Part shown: positions 43,608-55,510 of the stretch, piece after piece
Position numbering within the stretch: the first letter of the stretch is position 1
How the letters are laid out: each line of letters starts with the position of its first letter
NCBI GenBank assembly: GCA_964016885.1
Contig: OZ024749.1
Span: forward strand, 41,478,001 to 41,542,000
Direction of reading: 5' to 3'
Length of the DNA: 64,000 nucleotides
DNA from: Eledone cirrhosa
Lineage: Eukaryota
Made by a program: the position numbers and the translations under genes
Notes under the pieces: model-generated
Databases searched by the model: none
Told to the model about the DNA's origin: nothing
Seen by the model: the letters and a program-made list of their open reading frames with translations, nothing else

Positions 43608-44148
43608 CTGAAACAGATAGACAGGCAAATATCACATTATTAATCACTAGTTACATTATATAGACAGATTACAATAATATACATGGGTATAGACATAGTT
43701 TACACTGTATATACATATATATATGTAGCCTTAGCCTTTGTCAAGGCAGAATTCTAGGAGAAGGAAAACTCTGATATAACACCTGCAACCCTGATGGTAT
43801 CCAATGATGTTGACTTGTTCTTCTTTTTGGTAAATATCATCTTGGTTAAGAGAGTGGGACTGGCTTTGTGCAGTGCCTTTGATCACTATAAAAGCTTCAC
43901 GGCACAGGCATTGCTTTATATCTGGAGATCTCTCTGCACTTGTCGTCACATTGTACCATGGGCCCAGCACTATGTGTCAATAATTGTCACAAGTGTAGTG
44001 TTTGTACCAGTTTTCAAGTCGCTGGCTAGACTAAAAAGTCACACTCGTTCAGCGCATTGGTAGGGGGGGTTCTCCTACATGGATATAAAGTAGTGGCCGT
44101 ACTTGGAAACGAGTTGGCAGCCACCATATATATATATATACATACAAA

Positions 44149-44344
44149 ATTTAATATAGAAAGGGCTTCCACAGGACTAGAACTGTTTCATTCAAAGGAA
44201 ATCATCAGGAAAACCCTGATGATTTCTTTCGAATGAAATAGTTCTAGTCCTGTAGAAGCCATTTCTATATTAAATATTTAGACTCTGCTATGCTATGTAT
44301 TGAGTACCTTACTTACTGTGGTTACCTCCGATTGAACGTGGGTT
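44149..44344 (+). mobile_element. PLE-like terminal remnant, family B, with an about 60-bp hairpin and CTGATGA..GAAA on both strands; related copies near 45585-45760 and 49825-49965
   Basis: Inverted arms 44149-44209 and 44215-44275. Shared tail ctagtcctgtagaag..gtattgagtac..ctgtggt. Confidence 0.55.
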
Positions 44345-45793
44345 ACACACACACACACGCACACATATATATTATACATATGTATATATATATATATTTT
44401 TTTTTTTTATATAAAAACTTAGACCACTGAGCGTGTCCGCATAAATGCACCTGCACCGTGTCGTATTTATGACAGTATTGTATAAGCTCAATGTACAAGA
44501 ACAGAGCCGTTATATGTCAAAGAAATCAAAGAACGCCTACATACTCATACAATTTTTATAAAAATTGTATGAGTATGTAAGCGTTCTTTGATTTCTTTTA
44601 CATTTATATATATATATATATGTTGATTGCTACTTCTTATCAGAAGCGTGCCATCTCTTCATTGAACATTTTGTGATCATGTGCACACCAGACCTGCTTT
44701 GTTTATGTACATATATATATATTCATACATACACCCCCACACACAGATATATATATTCATCAAGTCACTCGTTAATCACTGATATGATTAATTAGACAAC
44801 TCAAATAAAGATGTGATTGTAGTGAAAGGTATGGTAAACATGGCTGTGTTAATAACAGACAACAATACATTCCATGGTATCATGGCATGATTTCAAAGTA
44901 AATCCTTCTCCAAATATTGCTGCTAAGACACTAGCACCATTATATTGGTTTCCTTGTTATTCTTTTGTTTTGTCTATAATATAATTAACTGTTTCAAAGT
45001 CTGTTGAGACACTACTACTACAACAGTCATCACTTGTAATTGAGTATGACTTGGTAAGATAGATAGGATAAAGATCCCATAACTTCTTGTAGAGTTGTAG
45101 AGGCACCGTCACACAGTGTGTCTAGGGCACTTTTAAACCTGGCAGAGCCCAACCCTCTCCAGGTTTGAACACAGTTGATTTTTTTCTATACAGGAAAAAT
45201 CGACCCCAGTACAGAACTGGTACTTTTTTTTATCAACCTGAAAAGAATGAAAGGCAAATTTGACCATGGTGGAATTTGAATTCAGAGCATGCAATAAGGT
45301 GGGACAAATGCTGTAAAGCATTCTATCTTTAGTCTTAATGACTCTGCCAATTCACTGCCTATGACTTGGTAAGTTTGTACCAGTTCTTTTGCTAAGAGTT
45401 TATGTGTCCATTTAGTCACAAGCAGATATAGACACTATCTCTAACCTCTTTCTTTTGATTCAACAGAACATCCAGCTGGAAGAGGAGAGGGCTCTACCAG
45501 CACTGGGTTGGTACTTTTATTTTTATCAAACCCAAAAGACTGTTGCTTTCCTTGTTAGCAATATATATATATATATCTTTATTATATATAGAAATTAATC
45601 CTACAGGAGTTTCATTTATATGAAATCATGAGGATTTCATATAAACGAAACAGTTCTAGTCCTCTAGAAGTCATTTATATATATAATAAAGATGTCTATA
45701 CTCTACCAATGTATTGAGTATTGTTTTTAACTGTGGTTAGTCCCAACACAACTTGGGAACCTACATAATATAGATATGCATATGTATGTATAT

Positions 45794-45851
<58 letters not shown>

Positions 45852-45855
<4 letters not shown>

Positions 45856-46181
45856 GGATACTATTTATGGTTATGTATATACTAAAACTTTTTATAGTTA
45901 TATATATTTTAAACCCTAAATAGTGAAGGTCAGTAATTTATTACTACCTTATTACCAGTAAGATAAATAGCTCAATGTAATAACATCAGTTGTTCTACAG
46001 AGCAGTTATATAGAATTCACAAGAATCAAAGCTATGTTCAAAGCATTTATTCACTTACAATTGTTTCAATATGTACAAACATTGAAAAATGCTCCGAAGA
46101 CTCCAAGCCTAGGTTTGGATGAAACAATTGTAAGTGAATAAATGCTTTGAACATAGCTTTGATTCTTGGGAATTCTATATA
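45852..46181. mobile_element. Shorter fold-back copy of the same PLE-like family, between (TA)n tracts
   Basis: Shares sequence with 51400-51655. About 60-bp inverted arms at 46008-46067 and 46120-46180. Confidence 0.6.
46080..46145 (+). ncRNA. Hammerhead motif, U4C variant (CCGAAGA)
   Basis: gct CCGAAGA c tccaagcc ta ggtttgga t GAAA caattg TA | agt. Confidence 0.58.
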
Positions 46182-46301
46182 TATATATATATACCGGCAG
46201 GTTTAGCTACCCCTTCCCCCACCAATTTGCCATCACAGATTTACTACTAACCTGTGATGTGACCAATCCTGGTGATTATCTCTTTGACCATATATGGAAT
46301 T

Positions 46302-46395
46302 ACCTCTTGATAAGCTCGGCTATTTAAATACCAGAATAAATTTTCATTCAGTCCAGAATTAGCCGTCAAAACGGCTTGAGCTCAGCCGTCGGGGT
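46302..46395 (+). ncRNA. Hammerhead motif with U3-A8 core and stable helix III (G12 is A in this copy)
   Basis: acctc TTGATAA gct cggcta...tagccg tc AAAA cggct tgagctc agccg TC | ggggt. The sister copy near 34963 retains GAAA. Confidence 0.5.
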
Positions 46396-46812
46396 CTTAC
46401 TTGTTCCTATATATATATATATATATCATCATTTCTATTTCTACATTTCTATGCTAACCTAGAAACCCCTATTACTGAACATTCCAACAGGAGGAGCATA
46501 GATATAAAAGGACAAGCTGGACAGTAGATACACCTATTGCAGAACATTCCAGGAGAAGGCCCAGTTGAACAAGAAGGGCCAGACTAGGGACATCTGTTGC
46601 AGAACATTGCAGGAGGACAAGAGAACCTTAGACACACAAGAACTAGTTGGACAGATGTGGAGAGAAATGCAGCAGTTAGACCACGTTGGCGGGAGCTTGC
46701 TGTTTTGTGCCTCTTAAACTGTGGGAAGACCTAAAACTAAGACTAAGATGAAGTAGAAAGGTTGGTAAAGGAGTGAAAACAATGTAGGTCTGAGAGAATA
46801 TTGTATACTTAC

Positions 46813-46888
46813 CGTTCAAGAGGGATTCTCCAAAGACCACAATATGTAAGGGTTTATTTACCCCTAATTCAGAAAACACTGCCAAAAC
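46813..46888 (-). CDS. SLC9A: NHE exon: VLAVFSELGVNKPLHIVVFGESLLN(D)
   Basis: AAG/GTAAGT boundaries and the FGESLLND cation-binding motif. Confidence 0.93.
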
Positions 46889-48311
46889 CTTTATTGAAAC
46901 AAACAAACAAAAAAGATATTGTAGACATGTTAGAACAAATTATATATATTTTTAACAAACAAATATATTTGTGAAAATATTGGGCAAGTATGAAAATTTG
47001 AAAACTATTTGCTTTTTTTTTTTATGAAAAGCTGCAACTAAGTACATATTAACTATAAAATTATTGCTTAACCCTTTAGCATTTAAACCAACCATATCTG
47101 GCCAAGATTCTCTCACCTCTTTTTGTTCAAACCAGCCATAACCAGCTGCTGATACTTATGTTAAGGTATTGTTCTCAAAATAAATAATATCAAAATCTCA
47201 TAGATTCAATATTATGTGAGTTAAAGCCTTTACCGTGAAAATATAATAGTAAATATAGAGTAATGTAAATGTTAAAGGGTTAAACAAACAAATATGTTTG
47301 TGAAAATATTGAGCAAATATGAACATTTGAAAACTGTTTGCTTTTTTTTTATGAAAAGCTGGAACTATGTACATATTAACTATAACCCTTTAGCATTACT
47401 CTATATAAAGTATTGTATTTTTGCAGCAAAGGCTTTACCATACATAACATTGAATCTATGAGATTTTCATATTATTTATGTTGAGAACAACACATTGACA
47501 AAAGGACCAGTTTGAAGAGAAAGTGGTGAGAGAATTCTGGCCGGATGCCCAAATAATAAAGGGTTAAAATTGTTGCTTAAATCAGGTAAATTACTTTGGA
47601 AGATGAAAAAAAGGTAAAGATGTCTGTAGAACTTGAGCCACACATCTGTCATGTGCCAGGCAACAACAACAAACATTAAACCAAAGTAATTTACCACATT
47701 TATTCCACTATTTTAAAGATTATATATATCTTTAAATATTTCCAAATGCTACACACAAACAAACACACACACACACACACATATATATATACAGAGCTGC
47801 ACTCATATATATATATATGCATACACACTGGCAAATACACACATATATATATATATACACATATATACACAGATACACATATATGTATACACATAGACAC
47901 ATATAAATACATACGCAGACACCCACGTATGTATACATACACACACATATACACACACACACACACATATATATATATGTACACACACACACATATCACA
48001 TTAAGTGTTAGTGTTTTTGTTTGTCTAGAAATAAAGAAATGGTGTGGATCTTTCAGTGAAGGTTTTATTTGGCCTTTGTTATATATTAGATAAGGAATAT
48101 AAATATTTGAAAGAAATCTCTAACAGAAATAAAGGAAGGAAGAGGGGGAAGACTGGGCCATCTTAAGATGACACGTGTGGAGGGAGGGGGGAGGGGGGTT
48201 AATAAAATATTTTAATTAAATTATTGTTAAACTTTGTGTGTGGTTTTGGGGTGACATCAATTTTCTCTTTAGATTTTTTTAATCTCATGTATATATATAA
48301 ATATATATATA

Positions 48312-48645
48312 TGGAGACACATGGCTTAGTGGTTAGAGCATTGGCCTTGCAATCGAAAGGTTGTGAGTTCAATTCTCAGACCGGGTGATGTGTTGTTTCC
48401 TTGAGCAAGACACTTTATTTCACATTGCTCCAGTTTACTCAGCTGTAGAAATGAGATGATAGGGGTCCATATCATTCCGCTGCAAAGTGGTCATGGAGGT
48501 GCCACGGTAAAAAAGCACCCAGCACTGTAAATGAAGTCGGTGTTAGGAAGGGCATCCAGCTGTAGAAATCAAGCCAGAATCAGTTCCCGTCCCACCCTTG
48601 CAAGCAGGGAAAAAGCGAACGTAAAATGAAATGATGATGATGATA
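48312..48645 (+). mobile_element. tRNA-derived SINE family 2 (about 330 bp) with an RTE-derived tail; other copies at 38728-39070(+), 34125-34448(-), 56685-57020(-)
   Basis: A box TGGCTTAGTGG and B box GAGTTCAATTC. The 3' end acccttgcaagcagggaaaa..cgtaaaatga(tga)n matches the RTE end at about 35413-35470. Confidence 0.85.
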
Positions 48646-50448
48646 TATATATATGTACACACATGATATTTTTATATAATATTTACTTTACATTTCCATA
48701 AGTGTTTCTCTCTATACATTAGTATTTGAAAAAAAAAATACTTTGAAAATAAAAAAAATACTTATGTATTGGATGGAGTACTTTGAAAAAATACTAATGT
48801 GTTAAATTGTTATACAAATGTCAGGTAAATATTGAAGTATGTTTATATATAATCTACATATGCATGTACCAAGCCTTTTCTTTGAACTACAGTCTCATTG
48901 ACAAAATATATTTTTTCATGGACTAAAACTGCACGATACCTTCATCCCCCCTCAGCAACATCATCAAAAACAACATCAACAACATCAACAAAATCAACAA
49001 CACGAACAACAGCAACTACAAATAGAACAACAACACTATCATCATCAACAACGAAAACCCCATCATCATCATCATCACCACCACCATCATTATCACCACC
49101 ACCATCATTATCACCACCATCATCATCATCATCACCACCACCACCACCACCACCACCACCACCATCATCATCACCACCACCACCACCACCACCACCACCA
49201 CCACCACCACCACCACCATCACCACCACCACCACCACCACCACCATCATGTAAGTTGTTCATTATTTACACAATTCTGGTGGATTGTTCATTATTTACAC
49301 AAGGGCGGTGGATTGGCAGTATCGGTGGAGGATCGGACGCCATGCTTTCCAGCATAGTTACGTCCCTTTACGATCTGAGTTCAAATCCCGCCGAGGTTGA
49401 CTTTGCCTTTCATCCTTACGGGGTCGATAAAATAAAGTACCAGTAATGCACTGGGTAATTGCTGGCCTTGTGCCTAAAGTAGAAACAATTATTTACACAA
49501 TTCTGTTTAGTGCTAAATGAGATCTGGCCAGGGTGGGGGTGAAGGAGTTAGGAGGGGGTTTGGAGGGGGGGGGGGCAGATATTATGGCAGGGTGTGGGGA
49601 GATGGGGGTTGGCATGGGGAGATGTGAGGGTAGAGATAGGTGGGGAGGGAGGTAAAGAAGTGAGAGGAGAGGAGAGAGGACTGTTCACCATTAATTCAAC
49701 ACTGGGAGTGGGTTACCATTATCAAAAAGTGCTAAAAGTGGTAACATTAGTCGACATTTCAGCGTAAGCAGCTGTTTACCTGGTGTCTTAGTGATAATAC
49801 GTTAGTGATGTCATCATGTGACATTCCTGATGATTTCATATGAATGACACAGTCCTAGTCCTGTAGAAGTCATTTCTATATAAAATAAAGATATCTATAT
49901 TCTACCAACGTATTGAGTACTTTTTTTAGCTGTGGTCATTTCCTGATTTCTATTGGGAATCCACCATTATATATATATATGTGTGTGTGTATATATATAT
50001 ATTTATTAAAATAACAGATTAAAGTTTAAGCAAAGAATCGCTGCTTTCACCCTTAATGGGATCTTCTTTCGAGCCCTCTTTGGATTGTAGTCTTCAAATT
50101 TATTATTATTACTATATATATATATATATTTGTTCTGTTGTCTACGAAAAACTATATATATATATCTATATATATCTATGTGTGTGTGTATATATATAAA
50201 CATATATCTATATGTGTGTGTATATATATATCTATATATCTGTGTGTGTGTGTTTGTATAAATATATATATATCATCACTATCATTTTATGTCTGTTTCC
50301 CTTGTTGAAATAGATTTGACAGGTCATTAAAAACCAAGTCTTATCTACTCACCTCATGAAAAACTTTATGGCTAATGCAAGGGTATATTTTGATCAACTA
50401 TGTCAAGCAGTTATATAGAAATTACATGAATCAAAGTTCTGTTCAAAC

Positions 50449-50514
50449 CATTTATTAGCTTACAATTGTTTCGTCCAAACCGAGGTTTGGAGTCTTCGGA
50501 GCAATTTTTCAATG
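50449..50514 (-). ncRNA. Hammerhead motif, U4C variant, in the left arm of the large palindrome, sense to an NHE intron
   Basis: Minus strand: gct CCGAAGA c tccaaac ctcg gtttgga c GAAA caattg TA | agc. Confidence 0.6.
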
Positions 50515-51396
50515 ATTGTTTACATACTTGACCTCCTTTCCAACACAAGAGACATACAGAAACATATGTATATATCGATGCACAGTGGGGTGACATCCAT
50601 TATAATATTTTAGCATGGCAATTTACATTCAAAAATTAAAATCATATTAAAATAAAATTAAAATAAAATTAAAGTTAAAATACAACATCGGCAGTTTACG
50701 AAGATAATGCAAGAGGATAGTTTGAAGTAGTTAGTGTATGCAATAGTTACACGTGGGGCATGCACGTGTGTCTTATTTATATAAGATTATTGTGCGGCAA
50801 GGTGTTATATGCAATACAAGCACTTTAAGTGGGCAATCAAGAGTATTATGGGGGTTGTATTGATAAAGTATTTTTTATGTATGATAAAGAAGCTTGTGTG
50901 CAGAGAAATATTAAAAATGAGAAGCAAAATAACGTTTCCTGGATTGTGAAAATGGTGGTGTATATGAAAACCATAACATTAATTTGCTTCTCATTTTTAA
51001 TATTTCTCTGCACACAAGCTTCTTTATCATACATAAAAAATACTTTACCAATACAACCCCCATAATACTCTTGATTGCCCGCTTAAAGTGCTTGTATTGC
51101 ATATAACACCTTGCCGCACAATAATCTTATATAAATAAGACACACGTGCATGCCCCACGTGTAACTATTGTATACACTAGCTACTTCAAACTATCCTCTT
51201 GCATTATCTTCGTAAACTGCCGATGTTGTATTTTAACTTTAATTTTATTTTAATTTTATTTTAATATGATTTTAATTTTTGAATGTAAATTGCCATGCTA
51301 AAATATTATAATGAATGTCACCCCACTGTGCATCAATATATACATATGTTTCTGTATGTCTCTTGTGTTGGAAAGGAGGTCATGTATGTAAACAAT

Positions 51397-51462
51397 CATT
51401 GAAAAATTGCTCCGAAGACTCCAAACCTTGGTTTGGACGAAACAATTGTAAGCTAATAAATG
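51397..51462 (+). ncRNA. Hammerhead motif, U4C variant, in the right arm of the large palindrome
   Basis: gct CCGAAGA c tccaaac cttg gtttgga c GAAA caattg TA | agc. Confidence 0.6.
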
Positions 51463-51713
51463 GTTTAAACAGAACTTTGATTCATGTAATTTCTATATAA
51501 CTGCTCTGCAGAACAACTGATGTTATTACATTGAGCTATTTATCTTACTGGTAATAAGGTAGTAATAAATTACTGTCTTTCACTGTTTAGAGTTTAAAAT
51601 ATATATAACTATAAAAAGTTTTAGTGTATACATAACCATAAATAGTATCCTTAAAACTATTTATATATATATATATATATTTATGTATTCATATATATAT
51701 ATACACATAAATA

Positions 51714-51768
<55 letters not shown>

Positions 51769-51918
51769 TATAGATGCACACAGATAAAAATATATATATA
51801 TATATAAATAATAAAAAACCTCAATATGAAATTTTATTTTTTTTTTCTTGATGTATACACCAATATTACCATAGAGTGCCTTCCTCAGTAAACCACAAAT
51901 CTACTAAATTACCTTATA

Positions 51919-52024
<106 letters not shown>

Positions 52025-52345
52025 TTGCAAGAGAAGGAGAGGGAGAAAATTAACCGATACCAGGACTTAAAGTGGGAGGTAAAAAGGATTTGGAACTGCC
52101 ATGAAGTCAAAGTGATCCCGATTGTCATAGGCGCACTAGGGACTATCTCAAAAAGTTTCCAGGGATGGTTAAAGAAAATTGGCCCCTTCACGCTTTTTGG
52201 AACGCTTCAAAAGGCATGCTTGCTGGGAACAGCAAGAACCCTCCGATACGTCCTGAATATCTGAGGCTGCAGGTAGTGGCTTGATATTCATTTCAACAAA
52301 CTTTCCAGTTAACTAACATCAATGACTGAGACTCAAAGAGTAATA
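52025..52345 (+). mobile_element. 3' end of a Dong/R4-type (restriction-like endonuclease) non-LTR retrotransposon in a (TAA)n tract
   Basis: EKINRYQDLKWEVKRIW..VKVIPIVIGALGTI..LQKACLLGTARTLR, directly preceded by (TAA)n at about 51950-52024. Confidence 0.8.
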
Positions 52346-52972
52346 ACAATAAATAATATTAATGAAATTATTGTGTACAGTGCTCAGGTGCACTACAACT
52401 CATCAAAGGTGCATGTATAGTACATAGAATAATGTATTATATATATATATATGAATAATAATGTATTATATATATATATATATGAAATGAAATGAAATGA
52501 AATGATGATGAAATGATATATATATATGTATGATGTACGTAGGGAGAGAGTCAATGAGAAAAATGTGTGTATGTGTGATTACGTGTGTGTAAAGGGCAAA
52601 TTAAATAATTGGGTTCCCTGCAAATAGAGACAAGATTGGATGGTCTATCATTAAATGACCAGGAATGACCTAGGGCTAAACAACAGCCATTAATATCACA
52701 CTCACATAAATGTGGATATATACACACACTCACACATACATACAAGATTTTCCCAAATATTTGGATTAGTCGTGAATGTTTACCAATATAATTCAGCACT
52801 GTGTGACACACATGTATATATATATGTGTGTGTATATATATGTATGTGTATATATATATATATATATATACTAGACTTGCAAGGAAAATGTACATTAAGT
52901 GATGATGATCATGATGTCATATATATCTATTAAAACTACACATGTGTGTGCATGTGTATATATATATATATT

Positions 52973-53003
<31 letters not shown>

Positions 53004-54196
53004 ATATGTATATATTTATATATATATATATAAATATATACATATATACATATATATATATATGTAAATATATATATAAAAATAGAAAGAAAGATAGATA
53101 GAGAGAGAGAGTGAAAGAGAGACAGACCATAAGAGTGAGGGAAAGAACAAACAAGAGATTGAGAGAGAGAGAGAGAAAAGGGTGGAGAGCAATTCAGTCT
53201 GCCTCATTAATAAAGCTAATATTTGAATCAGGTTTATTTGGAAGTATTTTCAGAATTGTGCTGAGTTCAAATAACATAAAACAGCAAACTAGTGTAATGC
53301 TATGTGGTGTCTTGACCTGTTAGAATTAGTAGCCAAATCTCCTTCAAATCAGTTTTATTTGCTTATTTGGTAAAAGTTTAAGAATTTTGCTGAGTTAAGA
53401 TAACGTAAAACATTAAACAAAAGTAATTCTATGTGGTGTCTTGACTTGGTTAAAATAGCAGCCAAATCTTCCTAAAATCTTACTCTATAATCTTCAAAAG
53501 GGAAATACAGTTGGAATAATGTAGTCCTAGATACACTATCTTTGCACAAAAAACAAAAGTGTATATATATCATCATCATCATCATCATTGTTTAACGTCC
53601 ATCTTCCACGCTAGCATGGGTTGAACGGGTTTGTCCCACTTGAGGCAAAATTGGTTGTGTGATCGTGTCTCGCTCGTATAGAACTGTTTCTGGCAGGTTT
53701 TCTATGGCTGGATGCCCTTCTGAATGCCAACCACATTTACAGTGTGGACTGGGGCCTTTTTACCGTGTCTCCTACATGACCACTTTACAGTGTGGGTTGG
53801 ATGTTCTGTGGTACCAACATAACTTAACAGAGAAAGGATGGTGTGGGCAGAAGTGGGAGGATGGGGTAGGAGGTGTGGGTGGGGTGTATATTGGATTTAA
53901 GATGTGTCTACTGACTGTAGGTCTAAGGTCATATGTAAGGGAAGACGAATCTTCTGTATAACTACATAGCGCCAAAGATCTCAATCCAGTGACTCACTGT
54001 TTAGCCTTAATAAAATGAATATTAAAACTCTACTTTGGTATTGATGATTTCAGTCTTAAATGTGCCAGAAATTTCCCCCACTTCGGTGGTGGTGGTGGTG
54101 GTAATGTTAGTAGTAGTAGTAGTAGTAGCAGCAGCAGTAGCAGCAGTACTAGTAGTAGTAGTAGTAGTAGTAGCAATAAATATGTTATTCACTCAC

Positions 54197-54309
54197 AGCA
54201 ACAGGATCAACAGCAACAATGAGAGCAGAAAACATAAATATTTGTGTGAGTAGAGATTCCTGTGGTAGATCTAAAGCTGGTGTTTGGGCCAGGCCATATA
54301 ACAATGGAG
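54197..54309 (-). CDS. SLC9A: NHE exon: APLLYGLAQ...FMFSALIVAVDPVA
   Basis: TAG/GTGAGT boundaries and the conserved AVDPVA motif. Confidence 0.92.
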
Positions 54310-54334
54310 CTACAATGGAATAATAATAATAATA

Positions 54335-55015
54335 ATGATAATAATGAAATTATTGTGTACAGTGCACAGGTGCACCACAACTCGTCAAAGGTGCATGTAT
54401 AGTACATAGAATATTATACAAATGTCAGGGAAGTGAATAGTCATGATATACAGATGTGTATGTGTATGGAGGGGGGAACATTAGGTGTAGTGTTGGCGAA
54501 TCTCAGGAAGCATGGAGGTTTTAAAGGATGCAGTGTCTCGACAGCTAATAACTGATGCAGGTAGTTTGTTCCATGGAGGTTTTAAAGGATGCAGTGTCTC
54601 GACAGCTAACAACTGATGCAGGTAGTTTGTTCCATGCTTCAGCAACTCTGAGCGTGAAAAAATGTTTCCGAAAGTCATGGGAACTGTGCTGTTTTCTGAC
54701 TTTGTGGGCATGTCCACGTGTGTTAGACACATGGAAATCAAAAAGGTACTCAGGGTTGTTGTTGGCAACATGGTTAACAATTTTGTGGGTCTTTACCAAG
54801 TCAGTTGCCAGGCGTTGGAGCTTCAATGTATCCACAGCCATGTACAGCCTTAAATAGATAGCTGGAGAGCGGCTGACAAAGGTCTTGCTGAGTGATGCTA
54901 AGTTATCCTCAGCCCTCTTGACAATTTTAGAGACGTGCTTCATCCAACGCAAATCGCTGCTGACCGTAATGCCAAGGTCACGTTCACAAGAAGACTTCTT
55001 GATATTAGTGCTGTC
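54335..55015 (-). mobile_element. CR1/L2-group LINE fragment of the same family, with an internal deletion and an about 60-bp tandem duplication
   Basis: Near-identical to 7140-7772 and extends 5' into ERDLGITVSSDLRW. Confidence 0.85.
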
Positions 55016-55229
55016 TGAAAATTACATTTATTTATTTTTGATATAAAATGGGTGAAAGAAGAGACCACTCTATTTTCAGGCTCCAGGGATAGGTGGGGAC
55101 CCCTCTCAAAATTCTAGAGGGCTAAGAGGTATCTTTAGGAGAAGGCAGTGTTCAATATTCATGGGTCCTCAATGCAATAAAGCCACTAAAATACAAGGGG
55201 TTACTGAGAAAGGAGAAGGACAAGACAGA

Positions 55230-55510
55230 AAGAAGATAATTCAAGGAGAGGGAGATGAAGATAATTGATGTTGCCTTTGAATTTTTGCAAATTGTAATGG
55301 TCAGGAAAGCTACAAGCCAGAAGAGAATCATAGATGAGATGTGCGAGGGAAGACACCATCAGAATAGAATTTGTGATTGCATTTAAGAATTTCAACTGTA
55401 AAGGGATGAGACCTAGTTTCCAATTTAGAGCTCTTTTTAGATTTGTGAAAATGAGGCAACAAAGAGGAAAGCTCATCAGGGTAGTTTCCATGAAGATATT
55501 TAGTTATCAA
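55230..55510 (-). mobile_element. Degenerate 3' end of a CR1/L2/Jockey-group LINE ORF2
   Basis: HPFTVEILKCNHKFYSDGVFPRTS..SFPDHYNLQKFKGNIN across frameshifts. Confidence 0.55.

Larger units (their letters stand above)
50406..51655. mobile_element. Penelope-like element terminal remnant in fold-back arrangement (about 530-bp inverted arms, about 40-nt spacer, 150-nt tail on one arm)
   Basis: 50406-50936 is the near-identical reverse complement of 50975-51505. Each arm carries a hammerhead motif. The tail matches 45852-46010 in inverse. PLE assignment is inferred from architecture. Confidence 0.65.

Noticed and set aside
48312-48385. tRNA-like sequence with A and B boxes
   Set aside because: Continues into a conserved SINE body and tail in multiple copies, so it is a SINE head rather than a tRNA gene.
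50005-50115. TTGAAGA...CGAAA on the minus strand in a repeat shared with 39790-39940
   Set aside because: C3U is uncompensated and helices II and III are poor. At most a decayed remnant.
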